Below, piece by piece: positions 52,491 to 64,000 of a stretch of DNA of 64,000 bases. This DNA comes from Octopus vulgaris (taxonomy: Eukaryota). The notes beneath the pieces are model-generated. The model was given only the letters and a program-made list of their open reading frames with translations, did not search any database and was not told the DNA's origin. A program made the translations under genes and the position numbers. The stretch is from assembly GCA_951406725.2 (NCBI GenBank), contig OX597834.1:19344001-19408000 (forward strand), read 5' to 3'. Each line of letters starts with the position of its first letter. Position 1 is the stretch's first letter.

Positions 52491-53211
52491 TATGTGGTCT
52501 GATCAATAAGTATCCAGACTGTTGCCATATTAATGATCTAAATCATGCAGAGTAAAGCTTGAACTCTGCTATGCATGCACACTAAGTTTTAACGTTCTAA
52601 CTAACTTCCGTTGTTCACAGCAGTGCTTGGAAGGAAGGTGTGTAGCGTGTGATCGTTGCATTGACCATTACAGAGAAAGTTAAGCAGAGAATCTGCATCA
52701 AATTTTGCCAAAAGCTTGGCAATTCCTGCACAGAGGCCTATGCGAAGTTTTCAAAATGTTTGCATCATTCTCAACACAATCAAAGCGATTTTGTGCAACT
52801 GAAATCTGAGTGTCTTTTTGGTCATCTGAAAGCAGTTTTGGCATAAACTTGGCAGACACGTATCTCATACTCAAATCCTCAGTGATTATGAACTGAACTG
52901 AACCTTTGTTAACTCATGGATGGTGATTTGACTATTTCATCTTGCAGCTGCAATGTTTTTCTCAGTTCTGTTGGTTGTGGGTCAGCCAGAACGTTCGTCA
53001 ATATTGACATTTTTTCGGCCATCTTGGAAACATCTGAACCACTTGTACAATTGTGTGTGGTTCATACACTCCTCTCCATACATGTTCCATAACTATACAG
53101 AGGTCTTTGAACAGGTATCGCCATGGAAACTTTTTCTGTCATGGTCAATGTGACGATCACATGCTACACACCTTCCTTCCAAGCACTGCTATAAACAGCT
53201 TTACTCTGCAT
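52491..53211. mobile_element. Mariner-like remnant made of two inverted 5' halves
   Basis: Plus strand: TIR-like tggtctgatcaataagtatcc and TEKVKQRICIKFCQKLG. Minus strand: YGEECMNHTQLYKWFRCFQDGRKNVNIDERSG and MRYVSAKFMPKLLSDDQK. Region 52615-52681 is inverted at ~53128-53193. Confidence 0.8.
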
Positions 53212-53869
53212 CTAATTTGCTTCCCTCTCTCCTCAAAAGCAGCTGGCTCTGTGCCAGATTTTGAAATCATCATCATCTCTTTTTTGCTATGGAATTATCT
53301 TCATTCCGTTTACAGCACAGCCAGTCACTTATTTACATTATCAACTCTTTAGCTCTATTTATATATCTTCATAAAAAACACTTTCCATTTCTTCTCTGGT
53401 GAAAGATCCTACCTGAATCATTAGAAATTTCTATCTATTCACAGTTCACAAACTCATTCAGTTTTGTGAATGTTATTCAATAGTTTTTTGTTGACAGAGA
53501 TCAGCACTAGTTTTTACTGACTTGAGTGTTTTTCCTTCTGAATGGTAGTTTGTCGAATGAAGACTATTTAGCCTTGATACTCATTTGTCTTTAGTAAGAT
53601 TCAGTACAACAAACATTAATACTTATTTGCTGTAAACAACCCATTAAAAGCTATATTTTCCTTCACTCGTGCACTTCTCATTTTCTCTTATCATTTTGCA
53701 TTCAACTTCATATTAATATCATTGTTTTTAATTATGTACCATATTTAATATCCCATAAGAAGTAATTTTTTTTCTCTTAAAAATGTCTCAGAAAAACGAT
53801 TCCAAGTCCTGTATGCAAAGTTGGGCCTATATTACATACTTTAATGCACCAAAAACATTTTTCCTGAAT

Positions 53870-54237
53870 GGCACGTAAAAAGCACCATCCGATCATGTCC
53901 GTTGCCAGCCTCGCCTGGCCCCTGTGCTGGTGGCACGTAAAAAGCACCATCCGATCGTGTCCATTGCCAGCCTCGCCTGGCACCTGTGTCAGTGGCACAT
54001 AAAAAGCACCATCCAACCATGGCCGTTTGCCAGCTCCATCTGGCAACTGTGCCGGTGGCACGTAAAAAGCACTCACTACACTCACGGAGTGGTTAGCGTT
54101 AGGAAGGGCATCCAGCCGTAGAAACATTGCCAGATCAGACTGGGCCTGGTGCAGCCTTCTGGCTTCCCAGACCCCAGTTGAACCGTCCAACCCATGCTAG
54201 CATGGAAAGTGGACGCTAAATGATGATGATGATGATG
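53870..54237 (+). mobile_element. RTE 3'UTR-derived repeat (family C) with ~60-bp internal tandem units
   Basis: Four ggcac(g/a)taaaaagcac units about 62 bp apart; (GAT)n tail. Confidence 0.88.
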
Positions 54238-54306
54238 TGCTACTGAAAGTGGGGTGCATCTAATATGCCTGTCCCCTCACTGGTTTATCATTCAGCTATG
54301 TATGAT

Positions 54307-54512
54307 CATCCCCTTGTCATGGTTTGAGGGGCTTCATGGTTCTATATGCCTGGAGTAAAACAGATGAGGCTAACTGAAGGGTACAGACAAAGCATGATCT
54401 ACTTCTCCTCGAGCCTAAAGCGTTTGACTTGAGGTTTGTTGGAAACCAAATTTTTACAGAAACTGCAAGTGGCCCTATGCTCCTGAGGGAATAACGCAGA
54501 CTAAGTGACTAA
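54307..54512 (+). mobile_element. Short bipartite RTE-like element
   Basis: 5' ccttgtcatggtttgaggggctt and 3' ggccctatgctcc...gactaagtgactaa resemble RTE termini (from recall). Confidence 0.45.
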
Positions 54513-55567
54513 TATTCCTGCGAGTCTTTTATGCCATCAAATGCAGTAACTATTTAACTATCATTCTCTGTTTATCAAGTTAAGGGAGGTGTCTGAAATG
54601 GAGTATGAAAGAATCTTTTGGTTGTGGTGCCTAACAAAAATGGTGTTGGTGTTCTTTTACAGTTGGTAGTCATGGTAGATGGTGGAGGCTGTGTCAGTAT
54701 CTTTTGTGATGATAATAGTAAATGGTAATGGTAGTAGCAGTGATGATGGTAATGGTGATATTTAAAAGATGCTAGATATGATAATGATGACCAAAGCTTT
54801 CTTAACACCATCGTAATAAGTAAGGCCCTTAGAATGTAAGAGTTTGAGGCTGAAACATTTTCATCAGGTGAGAAGGTGAGAATACTTTTCTGAAGAACTT
54901 CTGTTGTTCTGATCTCTCAAGAATTTCTTTCTGCAAAAGGTATCTTTACTTCTTTGTGACAGAAAAAAAATATCGTTAGCCAGGAAGAAATGCAGCACCT
55001 AAGGACCCTTTCCAAGGCCTCCAAGACTAGAGGAGAGAAAGAGAGATTTCTTTCAAATATACAACACATATAAATTCATATGATTGATTTTATATTAGGT
55101 ATGAATAAATCTGTCACAGACCAGCTACTGCTACTAGTAAACTACAACGGAATTTAAGCACCTGATTTAATTTAACAAGGTTCAAATTTATCTCATTCTA
55201 TCCTCAATATGTCATCCAGTGAAAGTTGCTCCATGACACAACTCAGTTTGCAACACAAATGTGTTCTTTTCTGTTTTGTTATTTAAAAAAAATGTTGGTG
55301 CTTATTTATTAGAGAATATATATACATACATATACACACACACACATATATATAATATATGCATACATGTGTTTTTGTATGTGTGGGTGTTTGCATTTTA
55401 TTGTCTTGACATTGTGTAACAGTCGTAAACAAGCACCACTGTCATGCAGGTGGTGTAATTTATTTCCAATGTTCTGTGAAAACATTTCCTACCAAGAAGA
55501 AATATTATCTTATTTGGATATGGATAAGGGTTGGTGACAGGAAGGGCTTGTTGTCAGAGAAAATCTA

Positions 55568-56116
55568 CTCTTTACTCTTTACTTGTTTCAGTCATTTGAC
55601 TGCGGCCATGCTTGAGCACCGCCTTTTTAGTCGAGCAAATCGACCCCGGGACTTATCCTTTGTAAGCCCAGTACTTATTCTATCGGTCTGTTTTGCCGAA
55701 CCGCATCGATTGTCAAGCAATGCTAGGGGGACAAACACACACATACACATATACATACATATATATCATCATCATCATCATTTAGCGTCCGCTTTCCATG
55801 CTAGCATGGGTTGGACGGGTCAACTGGGGTCTGTGAAGCTGGAAGGCTTCGTAGGCCCAGTCAGATCTGGCAGTGTTTCTACGGCTGGATGCCCTTCCTA
55901 ACGCCAACCACCCCGCGAGTGTAGTGGGTGTTTTTTACGTGCCACATATATACAACAGGCTTCTTTCAGTTTCCGTCTACCAAATCCACTCACAAGGCAT
56001 TGGTCGGCCCGGGGCTATAGCAGAAGACACTTGCCCAAGATGCCACGCAGTGGGACTGAACCCGGAACCATGTGGTTGGCAAGCAAGCTACTTACCACAC
56101 AGCCAATCCTGCTCCT
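55568..56116 (-). mobile_element. SINE family A with a family C copy (55766-55945) in its linker
   Basis: A tail, then (CAT)n-ended C copy, then A head, all on the minus strand. Confidence 0.88.
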
Positions 56117-57039
56117 ACGTCAATAAATTCCACCAGATCCATGGAAGCATGGAAGAATAGACATTAAAATGATGGTGAATATAATTATTTTTTATTATTA
56201 GTGAGAACAATTACAATTTTATTATTGAGAAGAATTTCTACTCATAATTTTTTCTTATGAGGTCAGAATAAAATTGTTTTTTCTTCCGTCAGATATAAAC
56301 ACGAGCAAGAAGATGTAATGCTGGTTAGTCAAGAGGCCAAACTGTAATAATAGTTGTAGGATTTAAATTAACGACCATGTAGTCAGAATGTCATCTCTTT
56401 AGCCTTGGAGCCATTGTGTCATATTACAAAAAAAAAAAAGAAAAAATAACAAAAAAGAAAAAAATTTGTCCTTCATTAAAGAAAGGCAACAAAAAAAATA
56501 CATACAAAGCCTTACAAAAATAACTCCAAAAATATATTAAAATACTAAATTATTTTAAAGAATTATAAAAAACAAAACTAATTAGTTTGAAGGCAAAAGA
56601 AATCCTATAAAACTCATCTTCGGCATTCATTTTTCTTTAACGTTCATCGTTAAAAAACACAAAGCCCGAAAAGTTCTTTGATGCCGTAAGACACGGCTTG
56701 GATTAAAATTGAAGGTCTTAACTGTTGTTACATCACTGTTTGTTTCTTAATGGTTCCTGTTGTATAAATGTTGTTGTCAAGAGCTCCTTTAAGTGAACAC
56801 CTGCTAATTTTATTTGGAGTGCATCAAGAAACACCGAATGGTCATATCTGATAATGCTTTTCTTTTCTCAACTATTTATAATGGTTGTGTTGTGTTTTTT
56901 TCTCTCTCTGTTTTGTTCCTCCCCAGTTCTAGAGGCCATTCTTAAACCTGTAATCTACCTCTACACGCTTTAGATTTTTCAAAAAATTCTTCTCTATTTC
57001 TTCATTTAAGCATTTCTCTTCATGCTTCTCATCTACAAA

Positions 57040-57656
57040 CACACATGCATGCACACACACACACACACACACTTAAATGCACACATACACATATTTACAC
57101 ATGCAGACATACACACATGCATGCACACACACACTTACATGCATACATACACACATTTACACATGCAGACATACACACATGCATGCACACACACACACAT
57201 TTAAATGCACACATACACATATTTACATGTGCAGACATACACACATGCATGCACGCACACATACACATGCATATGCACATATACACACAAACATGTACAC
57301 ATGTACACACACACACTTTATCTTTTTTACTGTTCAACAATTCTGTCCTTGTTTTTATTTACACACACACATTCACATTCATACACACACATGCATACAC
57401 ACATGCATACATACACAAACACAGTTGAATACATGCACACTTACATGCATGCATACACACACATGCATATATACACATACTCACTCATACACACACACTA
57501 ACACACACACATACACACTCACACGCACATACACACACACACTGTCTATTTTTGTCAGTATTCAGAAATTCCTTCTTTTCCCTATATACATTCACACACA
57601 CATATACACTCACTAACTCACACACTCACTCACTCACTCACTCCCACACACACACA

Positions 57657-57692
<36 letters not shown>
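57040..57692. repeat. (CA)-rich low-complexity region with internal duplications
   Basis: Block acacatatttacacatgcagacatacacacatgcatgcac recurs about three times. Confidence 0.85.
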
Positions 57693-57696
<4 letters not shown>

Positions 57697-57990
57697 CCAG
57701 TTCTTTCTCTAAAACATATTTTTTTATTCTTTTACTTGTTTCAGTCATTTGACTGTGGCCATGCTGGAGCACTGCCTTGAAGGGCTTTTAGTTGAATGAA
57801 TCGATTCCAGGACATTATTTAAAATCCTAGTACTTATTCTATCACTCTCGTTTGTCATACCGCTAAGTTATGGGGGCATAAGCACACCAAAACCAGAGCG
57901 TGGTGGGGACAAACACAGGGAACCCATAGGATGTGACACTTGTTGAAGATGTAATGCAAGATATTGAAGACCAAAGCGGACGTATGCCAC

Positions 57991-58057
<67 letters not shown>

Positions 58058-58064
<7 letters not shown>

Positions 58065-58114
58065 TCGCCATACTAATATGGCAGTCTTATAAATATTAGT
58101 ATGGCGATAACTAT
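58058..58114. other. Perfect 22-bp hairpin with 13-nt loop inside (TA)n
   Basis: ATAGTTATCGCCATACTAATAT / ATATTAGTATGGCGATAACTAT. Confidence 0.9.
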
Positions 58115-58209
58115 TAATTTCCAGTAACGCTGCCGTAATCTTCTTTAGAGAGACTTAGTAATTTTAATATTTCTATATATATATGTATATATATGTATAT
58201 TTATGTATG

Positions 58210-58344
<135 letters not shown>

Positions 58345-58529
58345 TTATATATGTATATATATATATATATGTATATATTTATATATGTATATATTTATAT
58401 ATGTATATATATATACATACATACAAAAGCATACTGGGAGAAAGGAAAGAAACGAAACGACGCGAGGGCGCTCAGACATACAATAATGTAATAAATAAAA
58501 TATATGCATACATACATACATATATGTAC

Positions 58530-58565
<36 letters not shown>

Positions 58566-59103
58566 GTATATATATATATATAGGCGCAGCAGTGGCTGTG
58601 TAGTAAGTAGCTTGCTTACCAACCACATGATTCTGGGTTCAGTCCCACTGCATGGCACCTTAGGCAAGTGTCTTCTACTATAGCCTCGGGCCGACCAAAG
58701 CCTTGTGAGTGGATTTGGTAGATGGAGACTGAAAGATGCTTGTTGTATATGTATATGTAATTACAACTCATTTTTGCCAGCTCAGTGAACTGGAGCAATG
58801 TGAAATAAAGTGTCTTGCTCAAGGACAGAAGGTGTCGCCGGGAATTGAATTCATGGGCCGAATGCTCTAACCCCTAAGCCATGTGCCTTCACATGTATAT
58901 ACACATTCACATATACACATAATCACATGCATGGATGCATGTGTATATGTGACTGTGTATATGTGTAAATATACACATACATGTATCCATATGTGCACAT
59001 ACACACATACTTACACATACACACATATACACATGCATTCATTCTCACACATGGACATATAAATGTATACTCACAAACCCACACATGCATCACTCACTCA
59101 CAT

Positions 59104-59142
<39 letters not shown>

Positions 59143-59299
59143 CTCATACACACACATATATATACTCATACACACACACACACACATATATGTATACTCA
59201 CAAACCCACACATGCATCACTCACTCACACACACACCCACACACACACACACACACACACATATACTCATACACATACTGTAATCGCTATTGTCTCATT

Positions 59300-59704
59300 C
59301 ACACATGTTGCTTCCTTAATCTACTCCTCCTCCTCCCCTCCCTGCATATCTCCTCTCTCTTTCTCTCTCTCCTTCTCTCTTTGTCTTATCCTTGCCATCT
59401 CTTCCCTTTATCTCCATCCTTATCTCTCCGTTTTGTTTCATAACAAAACTTCACACTTTATACAAATTTCTCTTTCTCCTTCCTATCATCAAAATACTAT
59501 TTTTCCCAACCGCACTTCCTTAATCTTACTCCTCTTACTTTCCCCCTCCAACTCACGTTTATTCTCTTTCTACCCCTCCTCCCCCTCTCTTAATATTTTC
59601 TTTCTTTCTGTTCTCTTCGCTACCCCCACCACCACCATCCTTATTTTCCTTTTTCTCATTCAAATTTCTTTCTTTCTATGCCTCCGTCTCTCTCTCTCCA
59701 ATCT

Positions 59705-59735
<31 letters not shown>

Positions 59736-60092
59736 CATCTCTCTCTCTCTCTCTCTCCTGTCTTTCAACTTATTTGTCTCTTTTTATCTCAATCCTTTTC
59801 TCCTAAACCTTCTAATCCTCCCCAGCCACCACCCCCGATCACCTTTCTTTTTATCATCATCTCTTGTTTGCTTTCTCAGCTCAACAACCTCCCCCTCAAC
59901 TTCCCAACCTCCTCTTTCTTTCTTCTTTCTTTTCCTACTCCTCACAACTTCTTTTTCTTTCTTTTTTTCGTTTTTGCTGTACCTTGCTCTACCTCCTCCT
60001 CCCAATCCCACCCCCTCCCCTTCTCCCACTGACCATTTTCCTCCTCTACCCCTGTCCAACACTTTCTCCTCCCCAACCCTTTCTTCTTCTTC

Positions 60093-60124
<32 letters not shown>

Positions 60125-60492
60125 CTTCTTCTTCTTCTTCTTCTTCTTCTTCTCTCCTTCTTCTTCTTCAAGTCCAATGTCAATACCTTCATCCCTTTTT
60201 TACCTTCAACGAAGTTCCCTGCATTACACCCACCAACTCCACCCACCAACCCACCCACTCCACCATCTCACCCCTATTGCACCTTTACCTCCTACCCATG
60301 TACCCACCCATGCCACACTAACCCCCAATCCACCCAACCCCACCCCACCCCACTCCAGATCCCAACCCAACACTGAAAAGTAGGCTCTCCAACTGCATCT
60401 CTCTCTCTGTTTCTCTGTCCGTCTGTCTGTCTGTCCGTCTGTCTGTCCGTCTGTCTGTCCGTCCGTCCGTCTGTCCGTCTGTCCGTCTGTCC

Positions 60493-60557
<65 letters not shown>

Positions 60558-61153
60558 GCTCTCTCCCAGCCTCTCTCAAGCTGCCAAGGTCACTCCAGTT
60601 CATCGGCTTGCAAGCTCCCTTCAGTCGTTCAGCTTGTACACATCCTCGTCGTAGTTGTTCCCTTCACACTTCATTAAGCATTCTTTAAGGTAATAAGTCA
60701 AATGACATCGATGCACTCTGCTGACTGCTGCGTCTCAATGCAGCATCTTTCTCCCGTAAAGCTGGCTGCATTCATCTCCCTCCCTCATCTCCTACCTGCC
60801 CCCTAATTTATCTTGTCTCTTTGTTAACATCTTCTGACACACCCCTATTAAGAGTTTCTCTGAAATTTCATACCTTAGAATAATATCCTCTCCTCTCTCT
60901 CTCTTTCACTGTCTCCCTTCTTTACTCTGTCTACATTACTCTCTGTTTCTCTCCTTCTTTCTCTTTCTCTCTTTCTTTTTTCCTCTCCCCTTTCTCTCTT
61001 TCTGTATGTGTGTGTATATCAACTTTTTTTTTATTTTATTTTTTTATTTTATCTAGTTTCAGCTCAGGAGCTGTGGCCATGCTGGGGCACCATCTCTTTC
61101 TCTTTTGCTTTCCACATTTCTTCTTTTTCTTTTTGTCTCTCTTCCTGAAAGTT

Positions 61154-61193
<40 letters not shown>

Positions 61194-61401
61194 TTCTCTC
61201 TCTCTCTCACTAAGTCCATTTTTTATCTTTTCAGTCATTCTCTTTCTCTCTCTCTTTCCTACTCTCTCTCTCTCATTTCTTTCTCTCTTCCTCTCCTTCT
61301 TCTCCCTCAGTCTTATTCTTGTTTTGAATCTTTCTCTCTCTCTCTCTCTCTCATTTCTTTCTCTCTTTCTTCTCCCTCGGTCTTATTATTTTTTTAATCT
61401 T

Positions 61402-61434
<33 letters not shown>

Positions 61435-61580
61435 TTCCTACTCTCTCTCTCTTTCCTACTCTCTCTCTCTCATTTCTTTCTCTCTTCCTCTCCTTCTTCT
61501 CCCTCGGTCTTATTCTTATTTTTAAATCTCTCTCTCTCTCTCTCCTTCCCCTTCTCTCACCTCTCATTTTCCAGCTCAAT
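59300..61580. repeat. Strand-asymmetric polypyrimidine domain
   Basis: (CT)n, (CTT)n at ~60082-60168, C-run tract ~60225-60375, (TCTG/TCCG)n and a thrice-repeated CT-rich block at ~61230-61540. Confidence 0.85.
60555..60695 (+). promoter_or_regulatory. Candidate promoter / non-coding first exon
   Basis: Unique CpG-retaining island after (CT)n; Inr-like TCAGTC at 60621-60626; no ATG; donor-like AAG|GTAATA at 60689/60690. Confidence 0.28.
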
Positions 61581-61844
61581 TACCTCTGATTACCATTACT
61601 CAACTAATAACTCTGTTTCTTCACTCGTTACTGCTACGATTACTTGTAATTTTTAAATATTCAGCCATAATTGTTTCACAAACAACTTGCTGGAACCAGC
61701 TTTCTTTGTTCTTTAAACACACACACACACACACGCACATACACACACACACGCACACACACACACACACACAAACGTGCAAGCACACAGTAAATGTTAT
61801 TCAATCATTTTAATATGCCAGTCTTTGTCAGTGGTTTAAGACTC

Positions 61845-62130
61845 TGTGTGTGTGTGTGTGTGTGCATGTATGTCTTTGTGTGTGTATGTGTGTGTGTGTG
61901 CATGTATGTGTTTGTGTGTGTGTGTGTGTGCATGTGTGTGTTTGTGTGTGTATGTGTGTGTGTGTGCATGTATGTGTTTGTGTGTGTATGTGTGTGTGTG
62001 CATGTATGTGTTTGTGTGTGTATGTGTGTGTGAGCATGTATGTGTTTGTGTGTGTATGTGTGTGTGTGCATGTATGTGTGTGTGTGCGTGCTTGTATGTG
62101 TTTGTGTGTGTATATGTGTGTGTGTGTGCT
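61845..62130. repeat. TG-based minisatellite (tgtgtgtgtgcatgtatgtgtttgtgtgtgta-like unit)
   Basis: Read directly. Confidence 0.85.
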
Positions 62131-62449
62131 TGTTGTGCACTTCAGAGAAAACACTTCATTCCATGCAATAAAATTGAACCAAAAACAAACAAACGATGTT
62201 TTCTTTCTCTTGTTGACTTTATGGCTATCCATGGAAAGCAACAATAACAACAGCAACAAAAAACAAATACACAGATATATATATAAAAAAAAAAAAGCTA
62301 TTGATTCTTACTTCTATTTTTTCCCCCATGTCTATATATTCAAACCTTTCCATTATATCTCAAATCATCCAAACACCAATGGAGTTTTGGGAATCTGGGA
62401 TTGTTCTTTGCAAGACCAGAAATAAATTTTGAAAGATTGAAAAATATAA

Positions 62450-62860
62450 GGAGTGGCTGTGTGGTAAGTAGCTTGCTAACCAACCACATGGTTCCGGGTT
62501 CAGTTCCACTGCATGGCACCTTGGGCAGGTGTCTTCTGCTATAGCCCCGGGCCGACCAATGCCTTGTGAGTGGATTTGGTAGACGGAAACTGAAAGAAGC
62601 CTGTCGTATATATGTATATATATGTATGTGTGTGTATGTGTGTGTGTTTGTGTATGTGTGTTTGTCCCCCTAGCTTTGCTTGACAACCGATGCTGGTGTG
62701 TTTACGTCCCCGTCACTTAGCGGTTCGGCAAAAGAGACCGATAGAATAAGTACTGGGCTTACAAAGAATAAGTCCCGGGGTCGATTTGCTCGACTAAAGG
62801 TGGTGCTCCAGCATGGCCACAGTCAAATAACTGAAACAAGTAAAAGAGTAAAAGAGAGAG
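62450..62860 (+). mobile_element. SINE family A, young
   Basis: Near-consensus copy. Confidence 0.92.
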
Positions 62861-63167
62861 AGTTAGCAAAAATCTGTAAAAAAAATTTTCCGGTCAGAAT
62901 CCCAGAGAAAATGTTTGTGTTTCTTAACTCCTGTTGATCTTTATATTTATAGAAATTTGTCGTGGTATTATTTTATTTGTGAAGTAACAGAATTGGGGAT
63001 AATCATGGAGTTTTGCTCATTGATACAATATTGCAATCATATTTCTGTTATTTTACTAATTAGCCCCTCCAATCTTACTAATGGCTAATTTTATGATTCT
63101 GCATTGAGGCTTAGGCTTCTTTTCAGTGACACCTTCATTACTAAAAGATCTACACTGAGAATTATAT

Positions 63168-63392
63168 TTATTTCCTTACTACCCACAAGGGGCTAAACAC
63201 AGAGGGGACAAACAAGGACAGACAAATGAATTAAGTCGATTACATCGACCCCAGTGTGTAACTGGTACTTAATTTATCGACCCCAAAAGGATGAAAGGCA
63301 AAGTCAACCTCGGCGGAATTTGAACTCAGAACGTAACGACAGATGAAATATGGCTACGCATTTTGCCCGGCGTGCTAACGTTTCTGCCAGCT
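63168..63392 (-). mobile_element. SINE family B (B1 tail)
   Basis: Near-consensus reverse-complement copy. Confidence 0.9.
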
Positions 63393-63434
63393 TGACAGAC
63401 TGTATCTCTGTGGATGGTTGAAGATTTTCATGAT

Positions 63435-63578
63435 TGTGTGGTAAGAAGCTTGTTTCCCAACCACTTGGTTCTAGATTCGGTGCCACTGTGTGGCACTTTG
63501 GGCAAGTGTCTTCTACTATGGCCTCGAGCAGACCAAAGCCTTGTGAGTGGATTTGGGAGACAGAAACTGGAAGAAGCC

Positions 63579-63630
<52 letters not shown>

Positions 63631-63860
63631 ACATGTGTGTGTGTGTGTGTGTGTGTCTTTGTGTCTGTGTTTGTTCCCCACCACTGCTTGACAACCGGTG
63701 TTGGTGTGTTTACATCCCCATAACTTGATGGCTTGGCAAAAAGAGTCTGATAGAGCAAGTACCAGGCTTAAAATAATAATAAAGAGTGGGGTCGATTCAC
63801 GTGACTAATTCTCTTCAAGGCGGTGCCCCAGCATGGTCACAATCTAAAGATAAAAGAACC
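63435..63860 (+). mobile_element. SINE family A, older subfamily
   Basis: Diverged head, linker and tail. Confidence 0.85.
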
Positions 63861-64000
63861 ACATGGTTCCTCTGGGTGGCAATTTGATCACACACATTCT
63901 GCTATGGCCCTAGGCCAACCCAAACCTGGCTGATTGCTTTAGAAGTTCACTTTGTAAACATACGATACAGACTTTGATTTCACAGCCATCTTGGACAAGT

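Noticed and set aside
59085-60032. 315-aa hydrophobic ORF
   Set aside because: Artefact of the pyrimidine-rich strand, where stop codons are rare.

Overview
Eukaryotic, AT-rich DNA saturated with repeats. It is most likely intronic or intergenic sequence from an Octopus (coleoid cephalopod) genome, judged from recalled SINE families and the extreme (TA)n/(CA)n/(TATG)n/(ATT)n density. No intact host gene is supportable, and nearly all listed ORFs are microsatellite or SINE artefacts. The window holds many copies of several tRNA-derived SINE families, truncated LINEs (RTE, CR1-group, R4/Dong-like), a Penelope-like GIY-YIG endonuclease fragment, Tc1 and mariner remnants, a TA-flanked MITE, a Helitron-like end and a 26-bp higher-order minisatellite. 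The most interesting signal is a Penelope/retrozyme-like set. Minimal type-I hammerhead ribozyme folds with non-canonical cores occur in both arms of a 280-bp foldback at ~3.1-3.3 kb (G3:C8 swapped core) and in a ~205-bp element inside (TA)n at ~34.2 kb (U4C core). Several long palindromes could form dsRNA. A possible promoter and non-coding first exon lies at ~60.6 kb. All assignments are by eye; no searches were run, and repeat boundaries are approximate unless TSDs or TIRs are quoted.
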